Origin: Fibrobacter succinogenes subsp. succinogenes S85
GTDB lineage: Bacteria > Fibrobacterota > Fibrobacteria > Fibrobacterales > Fibrobacteraceae
Assembly: GCF_000146505.1 (NCBI RefSeq)
Contig: NC_017448.1
Location: 3,300,001 to 3,332,000 of the forward strand
Direction: 5' to 3'
Length of the DNA stretch: 32,000 bases
The notes under the pieces were generated by a model. The model was not told the DNA's origin and searched no databases. It was given only the letters and a program-made list of their open reading frames with translations. The position numbers and the translations under genes were made by a program. Within the stretch, counting starts at the first letter, position 1; every line of letters begins with the position of its first letter. Below are positions 1 to 7,548 of the stretch, piece after piece.

Positions 1-1853
1 GCCTGTTCGTTTTGCAAACGGGCTTCAGCTTCTGCAAAAGTCTTGCCGCCGTCAGTAGATCTGTAAAGCGAGCCCATGCCGCCCATGACGTAGAACGTTT
101 TGGGATCCACCGGGTCTGCGACGATGCGGGAATAGTTTGTCTGCGTTCCGGTTTCAACGGCGGTCCAGCTGGCACCATTGTCGTCGGATCGGTAAACGGT
201 GGCGCCCTGGTCTGGACGGTGCAACATGATTTTGCCGTCAGCAGAAAGTACCACCAAGCCCTTCGGGCCCTTGAGTGTGGTCTTTACGCTGTCCCATGTC
301 TTGCCCATGTCATCGCTGCGGTACATCACGTTGAAATTCTGAGAATCGTACTTGCCGTAAACGGTAATCACACCTGTGCGAACCAAGCTTCCGGTGAGCG
401 GGGCGTAACCCATGCTTTCGGTGGTGCCGATGGTTGGCTTGTGGCGCTGTGCGCTCTGCTTGATGTCTGTATAAACGGCGCCGTCGTAGTCGCCAATAGC
501 GGTGACCAGCGGGCCTCCCGGAATGCTCACGATGTCGAGCGGCACTGTCTCTTCGATGCCCTTGGACATGAACTTCCAAAGAGGAACCTTTGCGGAGACG
601 TCTTCGGTCATGAAGATGCTGTTACCGCTAGTGACCCAGGCCTGCTTGTTGTTGAACGGGTTGATTTCAAGAGAACCCGCCCAGTGGATGGCGTTGCCCG
701 GGATCCAGTCGGTGCCGTTGGCGTCAATGTTCGGAATGTCGTTGTAGTGCTGGCCGTGATTCCAAGTCTTGCCGCCGTCTGTGGTGGCATAGATGCGGTC
801 GCCGTAGTTTTCCTTTTCGTCTTTGGTCACGTGGCGGCCGGTGTACTTGCCCAATGTCGAAATCACAATGTGGTTCTTGTCCTTGGGGTCAATGGCGACG
901 CCGCCGTAAGAGCTCTTGTCCTTTTCGTAGCTCTTGGTGGTGCTGCCTTCGTGTTCCACGGAGTCACTCGGGGTAAGGTCGGTCCACGTGCCTCCAGCGA
1001 TATTGTACTTGTAAAAACCACCACTTGCGATGTTATACGGACCGGGGCCGTCAGCAAATGTCACGTACATGTCTCCGTCAACAATCTTTGCACGGTGCGG
1101 CATGAGTCCAGTGGGGACGCCCTTGATGGCTTCCCAAGTAGCGCCGCCGTCATGGCTGACCTGCAAATTATCCTTGGTTTCGGAAATGCCGATGTAGATG
1201 GTCTTGGTGGAACCGTCGGCGTTCTTGCCCTGCGATTCGTCGAACATCACGAAGCTGATGCCGTTCACGCCGTTCAGGCTGGATTCTGTGGCGGTAGAAA
1301 GGGCGACCTTGTAGGCGCTTGTCCAGGTCTTGCCGTAGTCGGTACTCTTGTAAAGTCCCTTGGTGCGGCTACCGCAGAAGATGATGTTTCCCTTGTTGGG
1401 GTCCACGGCGAGCTTTTCGCCGGTCTGGCGGCCCATGCCGTTACCGTGGGCGAGCATTTCCACATAGCTAGTGTCCCAGGTGGCGCCGAAGTCTTCACTG
1501 CGGAGCACGGCCGTGCGGCCCTTGCTGAAATAGCCGGTACCTGCGAGCACGTAAATGCGCTTGGGATCGTTGGGGTCGAGAGCAAAGGCTTCGGTACCGT
1601 AAAGGCCCTTGTCGTTTTCCGAGATGAAGTCCATCAGCGGAATCCAAGTCTTATTTTGAAAATCAAAGCGATAGATACCGCCCACGTCAGTGCGGGCGTA
1701 AAGCAAATTCTCGGCCTTGGGGTGGAACATCACGGCAGAAACGAATCCACCGCCGTCAAAGCGAACGTTGCCCCATTCGTACTTTTCGGCGTTTGCGGTC
1801 GTGGCGAGAGCTGCCAAAGTGGCGATGCCGATCAATGAAATTTTACCAAACAT
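1..1853 (-). CDS. Secreted GH74-like BNR/Asp-box repeat glycoside hydrolase (xyloglucanase/endoglucanase type); 3' end lies beyond the left edge of the window
   Basis: I translated the minus frame by hand from the ATG at 1853-1851. It is open to position 3 (617 codons). The N-terminus is MFGKISLIGIATLAALATTANA/EKYEWGNVRFDGGGFVSAV, a signal peptide followed by the GGGG start typical of GH74. It carries repeated Asp-box motifs: STDYGKTW, SHDGGATW, TTDGGKTW, RSDDMGKTW, RSDDNGASW, RSTDGGKTF. A GGAGA RBS lies upstream. The ORF track omits it because no stop codon falls inside the window. Confidence 0.75.
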   Translation of the reverse strand, partial: MFGKISLIGIATLAALATTANAEKYEWGNVRFDGGGFVSAVMFHPKAENLLYARTDVGGIYRFDFQNKTWIPLMDFISENDKGLYGTEAFALDPNDPKRIYVLAGTGYFSKGRTAVLRSEDFGATWDTSYVEMLAHGNGMGRQTGEKLAVDPNKGNIIFCGSRTKGLYKSTDYGKTWTSAYKVALSTATESSLNGVNGISFVMFDESQGKNADGSTKTIYIGISETKDNLQVSHDGGATWEAIKGVPTGLMPHRAKIVDGDMYVTFADGPGPYNIASGGFYKYNIAGGTWTDLTPSDSVEHEGSTTKSYEKDKSSYGGVAIDPKDKNHIVISTLGKYTGRHVTKDEKENYGDRIYATTDGGKTWNHGQHYNDIPNIDANGTDWIPGNAIHWAGSLEINPFNNKQAWVTSGNSIFMTEDVSAKVPLWKFMSKGIEETVPLDIVSIPGGPLVTAIGDYDGAVYTDIKQSAQRHKPTIGTTESMGYAPLTGSLVRTGVITVYGKYDSQNFNVMYRSDDMGKTWDSVKTTLKGPKGLVVLSADGKIMLHRPDQGATVYRSDDNGASWTAVETGTQTNYSRIVADPVDPKTFYVMGGMGSLYRSTDGGKTFAEAEARLQNEQ

Positions 1854-2000
1854 ATCGTCTCCGTTGAAATTTTGAGAACAATTAAAACCCTTATACTATC
1901 GTTAATATATATTAATATTTGAAAAAGCGGTTGTTATATAAACCTTAATTTGAGAAAATTTTTGAGAACATTTGGGGCGTGCGGGGGATTGTTTTTCAAA

Positions 2001-2037
2001 CAAAAAAATCCCCGAAATCAGTTGATTTTCGGGGATT
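2001..2037 (-). terminator. Rho-independent terminator downstream of the phosphatase lipoprotein gene
   Basis: The minus strand reads AATCCCCGAAA-atcaactga-TTTCGGGGATT followed by TTTTTTG. The stem is about 10 bp and GC-rich and is followed by a T-run. Confidence 0.75.
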
Positions 2038-2091
2038 CTTGTTAAAAAGAGCTAAAAGCGGTGTTTTTGTGTTGCTTATGCCGGGCGCTTG

Positions 2092-3138
2092 TTATTCAGC
2101 GCCAATACCAAGGCCTCTGAACGGAACATATCTGATCTGGTCCTTGTTGTCAATGATGACGGCGACACCGGTCAAGAAGTACGGCCAGTGTCTGGAGGCC
2201 GGATCATGGAATCTGTAGTTCACGTTGCCGTTGGAGGCGAATACGCTGAACGGGAGCACAAAGTCATCGTGGGTGCAGATGACACGGTACTTGTTCATGG
2301 AGGCGTAGCCCGGAGCGATGTCCTTCTTGACGATTTCTTCGGATTTTTCCTTGAGGTCATAGAAGGCGTCGGCATAGAGATTGTCGTATGCCCAACCTGC
2401 AATCACGAGACGGACGTTCTTGGTGGAGTCATCATAGAAGTCGTAACGTTCCTTGTCCTTCTTGTACCAGCTGATGGAATAAAGGGTCGTCGTGTCGTGC
2501 GGGAACGTGGCCTGGCCGCGGCCGAAGTTGATGTTGAAGCAGGTCTGTTCGGTACGGACGTAGTTCGTGTGCGAGTATACGAATTCTTCGGCACTGATGA
2601 GCTTTTGACCCACGGCGCGGGCCTGTCTTACGCCGTCAGAAGGCTGTCCATTGACGGAATCCGGTTCGTTTTCCCAGTAGGTGAGCGGCGTTTCGCGACC
2701 GGTCTGGGCGTCATCGCGTTCGCCGTGGCGGATGATGAATACTGCCTTTTCGTTGCAACGGACGCTCTTGAATACGTCTGCGATGTCGGCAAGGCCTATG
2801 GAATCGAGGGCGATTGTGGTAACAGGTGTTTCAACGCAAGTCGGGTCTGTTTCGGCTGCGGTTCCGGAAGAGCTCGACAATGTTGGCGGAACTTCTACGG
2901 AAGAGCTGGACTGCATGACCGGAGCTGTGGCAGAGCTGGAGTTTGCGTCAGCGGAGCTTGCCGGAAGCTGCTCGGTCGAGGAACTAGAAATCGTTGATGG
3001 TTGAGCCTGGTCGCTGGAACTTTGGTTTGCAAAGTTGTTGAATGCGGCTGTTGTATTTTCGTCACCGCAGGCTGCTAAAAGCGAGGCGGAGAGGATTGCG
3101 CCGGTAAAAGCTAAAGAAATACGGGAAATTTTATGCAT
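2092..3138 (-). CDS. Lipoprotein of the histidine phosphatase superfamily (acid-phosphatase-like RHGxR...HD motifs) with a long Ser/Thr/Ala-rich linker
   Basis: The signal peptide has a lipobox (SLLAAC). About 90 aa of low-complexity S/T/A-rich linker follow. The catalytic domain contains VFIIRHGERDD and a downstream ICTHDDF (HD) motif. An AAGGAA RBS lies about 10 nt upstream of the ATG at 3138. Confidence 0.6.
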   Translation of the reverse strand: MHKISRISLAFTGAILSASLLAACGDENTTAAFNNFANQSSSDQAQPSTISSSSTEQLPASSADANSSSATAPVMQSSSSVEVPPTLSSSSGTAAETDPTCVETPVTTIALDSIGLADIADVFKSVRCNEKAVFIIRHGERDDAQTGRETPLTYWENEPDSVNGQPSDGVRQARAVGQKLISAEEFVYSHTNYVRTEQTCFNINFGRGQATFPHDTTTLYSISWYKKDKERYDFYDDSTKNVRLVIAGWAYDNLYADAFYDLKEKSEEIVKKDIAPGYASMNKYRVICTHDDFVLPFSVFASNGNVNYRFHDPASRHWPYFLTGVAVIIDNKDQIRYVPFRGLGIGAE

Positions 3139-3279
3139 TGCGTGAAATTCCTTGTTTTTATCCCTCTAAATCTATTTATGTTGAGGGGTTTCTTCAAGTA
3201 AATTTTTCCAAAACCCTTTGAAAAGGCTACTTTACACCCATTTCTGTGCCGTTTACAACCACTTCCAACTTCCTACCGT

Positions 3280-4101
3280 CTACTTCTTACTGTCTACCGA
3301 ATTATAGTTGATTTCGTTGCGGCGCTTGAGTTCTTTGTTGAGCGGCCAGTAAATCAGTGCAAAAATGATGTATCCAATGAGGAGTACAATCCAGTGATTG
3401 AGCCCGAAACCGATTTCCACATAGCGCATGGTGATGAACATGAACGGACCTGCGATGAGGAATAGCGGAAGCTGTCTGCATTGGTCGCCGAGCGAATAGC
3501 GGCTCTCGTAGCTTACGATGGAATTCATCATCGGGAAACTGGTGCAAAAACCGCCCATCAGGCGCTTGATGAACATGAGGCCAGAAACGACGCCTGCGAT
3601 GGCGGGCGCCTTGATGTAAACCGGGAGCGGGGTCTTGTAGCGCACGCCGGCTTTGTATTTTTGTTTCTGGAAGAATATCACGCCGATGACAAAGTCAAAA
3701 ACGCAGGCGCCGATAAAGTATGCTTCGCCTTCCGGGATGCGTGCATGCAAAAATGTCCCGAGTGCGACAAAAAAGGCAAGCCCGGTGATAATTGACGGTA
3801 CAATAGGAACTTTTACTTTGTAGTGGAGAATGCGTACGATGTGTACGTACAACATGCACATGAAGCCGGAGACTGCATTTTCGGTGCCCATCGGGAGTCC
3901 GACGGCGATGTAGGCAAAACCGCAGGGGATGGGAATGGTCGCCGTGACTGCCTTGAGTTGCGGGTCCTTGAGGTAGGCGCTCAGGGTGCCGAGGGCGGTA
4001 ACCATAAAGACGAGCAGCCAGTCGTATGCCGAAAAATGAAAATTTAACGCTTCAAACATCGAGCCCAAAGATAGAAAATAGTGGCTAATTGCTATATTCA
4101 C
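3280..4101 (-). CDS. Hypothetical integral membrane protein (about 8 predicted TM helices)
   Basis: The long ORF has about 8 hydrophobic segments and a Lys/Arg-rich C-terminal tail. I recognised no family motif. The start is uncertain: a GTG at 4101 lies only 16 nt from the divergent rfbD start, and an alternative ATG at 4059 gives MFEALNF. Confidence 0.5.
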   Translation of the reverse strand: MNIAISHYFLSLGSMFEALNFHFSAYDWLLVFMVTALGTLSAYLKDPQLKAVTATIPIPCGFAYIAVGLPMGTENAVSGFMCMLYVHIVRILHYKVKVPIVPSIITGLAFFVALGTFLHARIPEGEAYFIGACVFDFVIGVIFFQKQKYKAGVRYKTPLPVYIKAPAIAGVVSGLMFIKRLMGGFCTSFPMMNSIVSYESRYSLGDQCRQLPLFLIAGPFMFITMRYVEIGFGLNHWIVLLIGYIIFALIYWPLNKELKRRNEINYNSVDSKK

Positions 4102-4117
4102 GCATAGAGGTTTTATT

Positions 4118-5038
4118 ATGAAAGTTTTAGTAACAGGTGTTGGTGGCCAGTTGGGTCACGATGTGATGAATGAACTTGCAAAGCGCGGTTACGAAGGTGT
4201 CGGTAGCGATATCGCTCCGGTTTATTCCGGCGTGGCTGATGGAAGCGCTGTGACCACGATGCCGTATGTGTCGATGGATATTACGAATGCAGCCGCCGTT
4301 GCAGAAACCATCAAGAGCGTGAATCCGGATGTGATTGTGCATTGCGCTGCCTGGACTGCAGTGGACCTTGCCGAAGACGAAGACAAAAAAGCGAAGGTCT
4401 TTGCAATCAACGCCGAAGGTACCGAAAACATTGCTCGCGTCGCTAAAGAAATTGATGCAAAGATGGTCTACATCAGCACGGACTATGTGTTTAACGGCCG
4501 TGGCACTTCTCCATGGAAACCGGACTGCAAGGATTACGAGCCGCTCAACGTCTATGGCGAATCCAAGCTCAAGGGCGAACTTGCCGTAAGTGGAACGCTT
4601 GAAAAGTATTTCATTGTGCGTATCGCTTGGGTGTTCGGTCTCAATGGCAAGAACTTCATCAAGACGATGCTCAAGGTGGGCGAAACTCACGATACGGTCC
4701 GCGTTGTTTACGACCAGATCGGTACGCCGACTTACACGCTTGACTTGAGCCGCCTCCTCGTCGATATGATTGAAACGGACAAGTACGGCTACTATCACGC
4801 CACGAACGAAGGCGGATTCATCAGCTGGTACGAATTCACGAAGGAAATCTACAAGCAGGCGGGGCTCCCGACTAAGGTGTTGCCGGTGACGACGGCGGAA
4901 TACGGACTTTCCAAGGCCGCACGTCCGTTCAACAGCCGCTTGGACAAGAGCAAGCTCGTGGAAGCCGGTTTCAAGCCGCTCCCCACATGGCAGGATGCGC
5001 TTGGCCGTTACCTCAAGGAAATCGGCGTCCTGGCTTAA
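4118..5038 (+). CDS. rfbD: dTDP-4-dehydrorhamnose reductase
   Basis: The N-terminus MKVLVTGVGGQLG is a Rossmann motif. The protein shows RmlD-type features (STDYVF, Y-x3-K in YGESKLKGE) and is 306 aa long. An AGAGG RBS lies upstream. Confidence 0.8.
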   Translation: MKVLVTGVGGQLGHDVMNELAKRGYEGVGSDIAPVYSGVADGSAVTTMPYVSMDITNAAAVAETIKSVNPDVIVHCAAWTAVDLAEDEDKKAKVFAINAEGTENIARVAKEIDAKMVYISTDYVFNGRGTSPWKPDCKDYEPLNVYGESKLKGELAVSGTLEKYFIVRIAWVFGLNGKNFIKTMLKVGETHDTVRVVYDQIGTPTYTLDLSRLLVDMIETDKYGYYHATNEGGFISWYEFTKEIYKQAGLPTKVLPVTTAEYGLSKAARPFNSRLDKSKLVEAGFKPLPTWQDALGRYLKEIGVLA

Positions 5039-5069
5039 AGGGCGGCGCACTTATTGAGTGAGCGCTCTC

Positions 5070-6110
5070 TTAAGAAAATCTTTCGTACAAGGCATCTCGT
5101 TCCACCGGAACGAGGCCTTCTTTTTTGATGAGATCTTGCATGCGTTCTGGACTCATGCCCACGGGAACCGTGGCGCCTGCGGCATGCGTAATCTTCTCTT
5201 CGATAATCGTACCGTCCAAATCCGATGCGCCGGCGTGGAGAGCCTTCATGGCAGTCTCGATTCCCATCTGGATCCAGTAAGCCTTGATGTGCGGGAAGTT
5301 GTCCAAGAACAAACGAGAAACAGCGACCGTGCGGAGGATGTCTTCTTCGCTTGTGATGTTCGGGACAATCTGGTGGAGCGCGTTGTGTTCCGGGTGGTAC
5401 ACGAGCGGGATGAATGCGAAGAATCCCGGCGCTTCGTCTTGCAGGTCGCGGAGCATCTTCATGTGCGCAATGCGGTCTTCAATCTTTTCAATATGACCGA
5501 ATAGCATTGTGGCGTTTGTCGGGATGCCGAGCTTGTGGGCTGCGCGATGGACGTCGAGCCATTCTTCGCCAGTTTCCTTGCCCGGGCAAATCTTGTCGCG
5601 TACACTTTGTACTAAAATCTCGGCGCCGCCGCCCGGGAGGGCGTCAAGGCCTGCGTCCTTGAGCGTTGCCATAATCTGTTCGGGCGTCTGGCCAGAAATC
5701 TTGGCGAAGTGGCAAATTTCAACGGCGGTAAAAGCCTTCAAGTTGGCGGACGGAAATTCCTTGCGGAGCTTGCGCAACATCTCTATGTAGTAATCGAACG
5801 GATGGTCGGGATGGAGTCCGCCAACAATGTGCAATTCGCGGGCGCCTTTGCTAATTGCTTCGGCAGCCTTGTCGCGGATGGTTTCGTAATTCCAGTCGTA
5901 AGCGGTCGGGCTATCTTTTTTGATGCGGCTAAATGCGCAGAATTTGCAGTGCAGCACGCACACGTTCGTGTAGTTGATTTGGCGGTTGTTCACCCAGTAA
6001 ACGGACTTCCCGTGGCGCGCTTCTTTTTCGGCGTTGGCGCGTGCGCAAAGTTCATCGAGTGGTGCGTTCAAAAATAAATCGAGAGCTTCTTGTTCTGAAA
6101 TACGAGACAT
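5070..6110 (-). CDS. mqnE: Radical SAM menaquinone-biosynthesis enzyme of the futalosine pathway, MqnE/MqnC family (leaning aminofutalosine synthase)
   Basis: It has the CxxxCxxC cluster motif in INYTNVCVLHCKFCAF. HIVGGLHP, KAFTAVEI and LPGGGAEIL are CofH/MqnE/MqnC-like. It is 346 aa long. The choice between MqnE and MqnC rests on motif memory only. Confidence 0.6.
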   Translation of the reverse strand: MSRISEQEALDLFLNAPLDELCARANAEKEARHGKSVYWVNNRQINYTNVCVLHCKFCAFSRIKKDSPTAYDWNYETIRDKAAEAISKGARELHIVGGLHPDHPFDYYIEMLRKLRKEFPSANLKAFTAVEICHFAKISGQTPEQIMATLKDAGLDALPGGGAEILVQSVRDKICPGKETGEEWLDVHRAAHKLGIPTNATMLFGHIEKIEDRIAHMKMLRDLQDEAPGFFAFIPLVYHPEHNALHQIVPNITSEEDILRTVAVSRLFLDNFPHIKAYWIQMGIETAMKALHAGASDLDGTIIEEKITHAAGATVPVGMSPERMQDLIKKEGLVPVERDALYERFS

Positions 6111-6131
6111 GCTGTAAATATATTTAATTTG

Positions 6132-6160
6132 GTTGGTAGAACTTAGAGCTTAGAACTTAG
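6132..6160. repeat. GTTGGTAGAACTTAG 15-mer followed by tandem heptads (AACTTAG AGCTTAG AACTTAG); same family as 31692-31764
   Basis: Read directly from the sequence. It lies 21 nt upstream of the mqn start codon (minus strand) and immediately next to the tRNA terminator hairpin. Confidence 0.8.
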
Positions 6161-6197
6161 AAAAACAAAAAAACGCAGATTGAAATCTGCGTTTTTT
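6161..6197 (-). terminator. Bidirectional-looking rho-independent terminator downstream of tRNA-Met
   Basis: The stem ACGCAGAT - tgaa - ATCTGCGT is 8 bp. It is flanked by an A-run (6161-6173) and a T-run (6192-6197), so a T-run follows the hairpin on either strand. Confidence 0.7.
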
Positions 6198-6199
6198 AG

Positions 6200-6273
<74 letters not shown>

Positions 6274-6287
6274 TCGAGGTTGTCCCA

Positions 6288-6316
6288 TATATAGAAAATT
6301 ATAACAGGTTTGGCAA
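6288..6316 (-). promoter_or_regulatory. Candidate sigma-70-like promoter for the tRNA-Met gene
   Basis: The minus strand has TTGCCA, a 17 nt spacer and TATATA, ending about 14 nt upstream of the mature tRNA 5' end. This is pattern matching only. Confidence 0.3.
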
Positions 6317-6387
6317 GAGTGAATAGCAGAGTATTTGTCGGAGTAAGTTTTTTTTATGTTTTTCCCGCGATTTATGCACGAATTTGA

Positions 6388-7548
6388 CTATACGAATTTT
6401 TTCAAAATGTGCTTGCTTGCGTAGAAATAATCAATTCCGCTCACGATTGTAATGGTGGTTATGATGCCCATCACAACAATCGGGAACTGATGCCAGATGC
6501 TTTCAAATCCAGGAATCAATGCGCGAACCGGGTCAATGGCGCCAAGGAGAATCGCGACAATGCCGATGCCTTGCAATGCGGTTTTCCACTTGCCACTGCG
6601 ACGTGCGGGCATCACGAGGCCTTCGCTTGCGGCGAGCGTTCTGAGCGTTTCCACACTTGATTCGCGGAAGTAAATCAGAGCGACCATCCACACGGGCGCA
6701 TAGCCTGTAGCGATAAAGCACATGAAAATCGTCATGTTCGAAATCTTGTCGCTGAACGGATCGAGGTACTTGCCGAGCGTGCTGACTTCGCCCATCGCGC
6801 GGGCGAGCTTGCCGTCCAGAAAGTCCGTGAGCATAAAGCCGAGCACCATCACGAGCGAAAGCACTTTAAAGACGATGTTGTTGTTGCTGTAATCCAAATC
6901 GTTATCGTAGAAGAACACCCAAAGGAAAAACGGCGTGAGTACAATGCGGCTCATGGTGAGCTGGCTTGCAATCGAAAGCGGCTTACGGTGTGCGGGGTCG
7001 CGGTAGTACCAGTAAGCGTATGCGGCGGTGGAGGCGGCAATGAGCAAAATGGAAATGACCATCATAATTTGTTGGTAATTTTCCAAGTTCAGCAAGTATA
7101 CGCCCATCGTAATTGTGACAGAAAGATTTGCAAGCTTGCTCCAGCGGCGCTTGCGGGGGAGTTGCTTCCCTTCGCGGAGAACTCCGAGCGAGAATAGCGT
7201 GTGGGCAATCAGTCGTCCAAGCAAGACGGCGCAACCGACACCGAGAATCTTTTCGGCACTTTCGTTCTGGATCAAGTCGCGGAAGAAAATGCTAGTCATC
7301 ACGATGAACTGCAAAAACCCATCGATGGTGTTGAGCCAAAGTCGGTAATAAGGCTTTTCAATTTCTTGGCTCTTGAGCTGGAACAAGTTGACCCAACCCA
7401 TGATAAGCGCAATACCCACAAAGGAGCATGCCATCGTGGTCCAGTCTTTCCAGATGAAGATTATGACACAGACAAAGATGAGAGCACGCATGATGCTCCA
7501 AATGCGTGACCTTAAACGAACATCAGAAGTTTTTTCTGGTTCTGTCAT
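6388..7548 (-). CDS. CDP-alcohol phosphatidyltransferase family protein (PgsA-like) with an N-terminal membrane extension of about 190 aa
   Basis: The family signature D-x2-DG-x2-AR-x8-G-x3-D-x3-D is present as DFLDGKLARAMGEVSTLGKYLDPFSDK. At 386 aa it is roughly twice the usual PgsA length. Its start overlaps the recN stop (ATGA). Confidence 0.7.
   Translation of the reverse strand: MTEPEKTSDVRLRSRIWSIMRALIFVCVIIFIWKDWTTMACSFVGIALIMGWVNLFQLKSQEIEKPYYRLWLNTIDGFLQFIVMTSIFFRDLIQNESAEKILGVGCAVLLGRLIAHTLFSLGVLREGKQLPRKRRWSKLANLSVTITMGVYLLNLENYQQIMMVISILLIAASTAAYAYWYYRDPAHRKPLSIASQLTMSRIVLTPFFLWVFFYDNDLDYSNNNIVFKVLSLVMVLGFMLTDFLDGKLARAMGEVSTLGKYLDPFSDKISNMTIFMCFIATGYAPVWMVALIYFRESSVETLRTLAASEGLVMPARRSGKWKTALQGIGIVAILLGAIDPVRALIPGFESIWHQFPIVVMGIITTITIVSGIDYFYASKHILKKFV

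Noticed and set aside
12-1838. A 608-aa plus-strand ORF, the longest ORF at the left end of the track.
   Set aside because: The translation is Val/Gly/Ala/His-rich with no motif. It lies in exact codon register opposite a minus-strand frame that encodes a signal peptide and six or more Asp-box motifs (the GH74-like gene). It is an antisense shadow.
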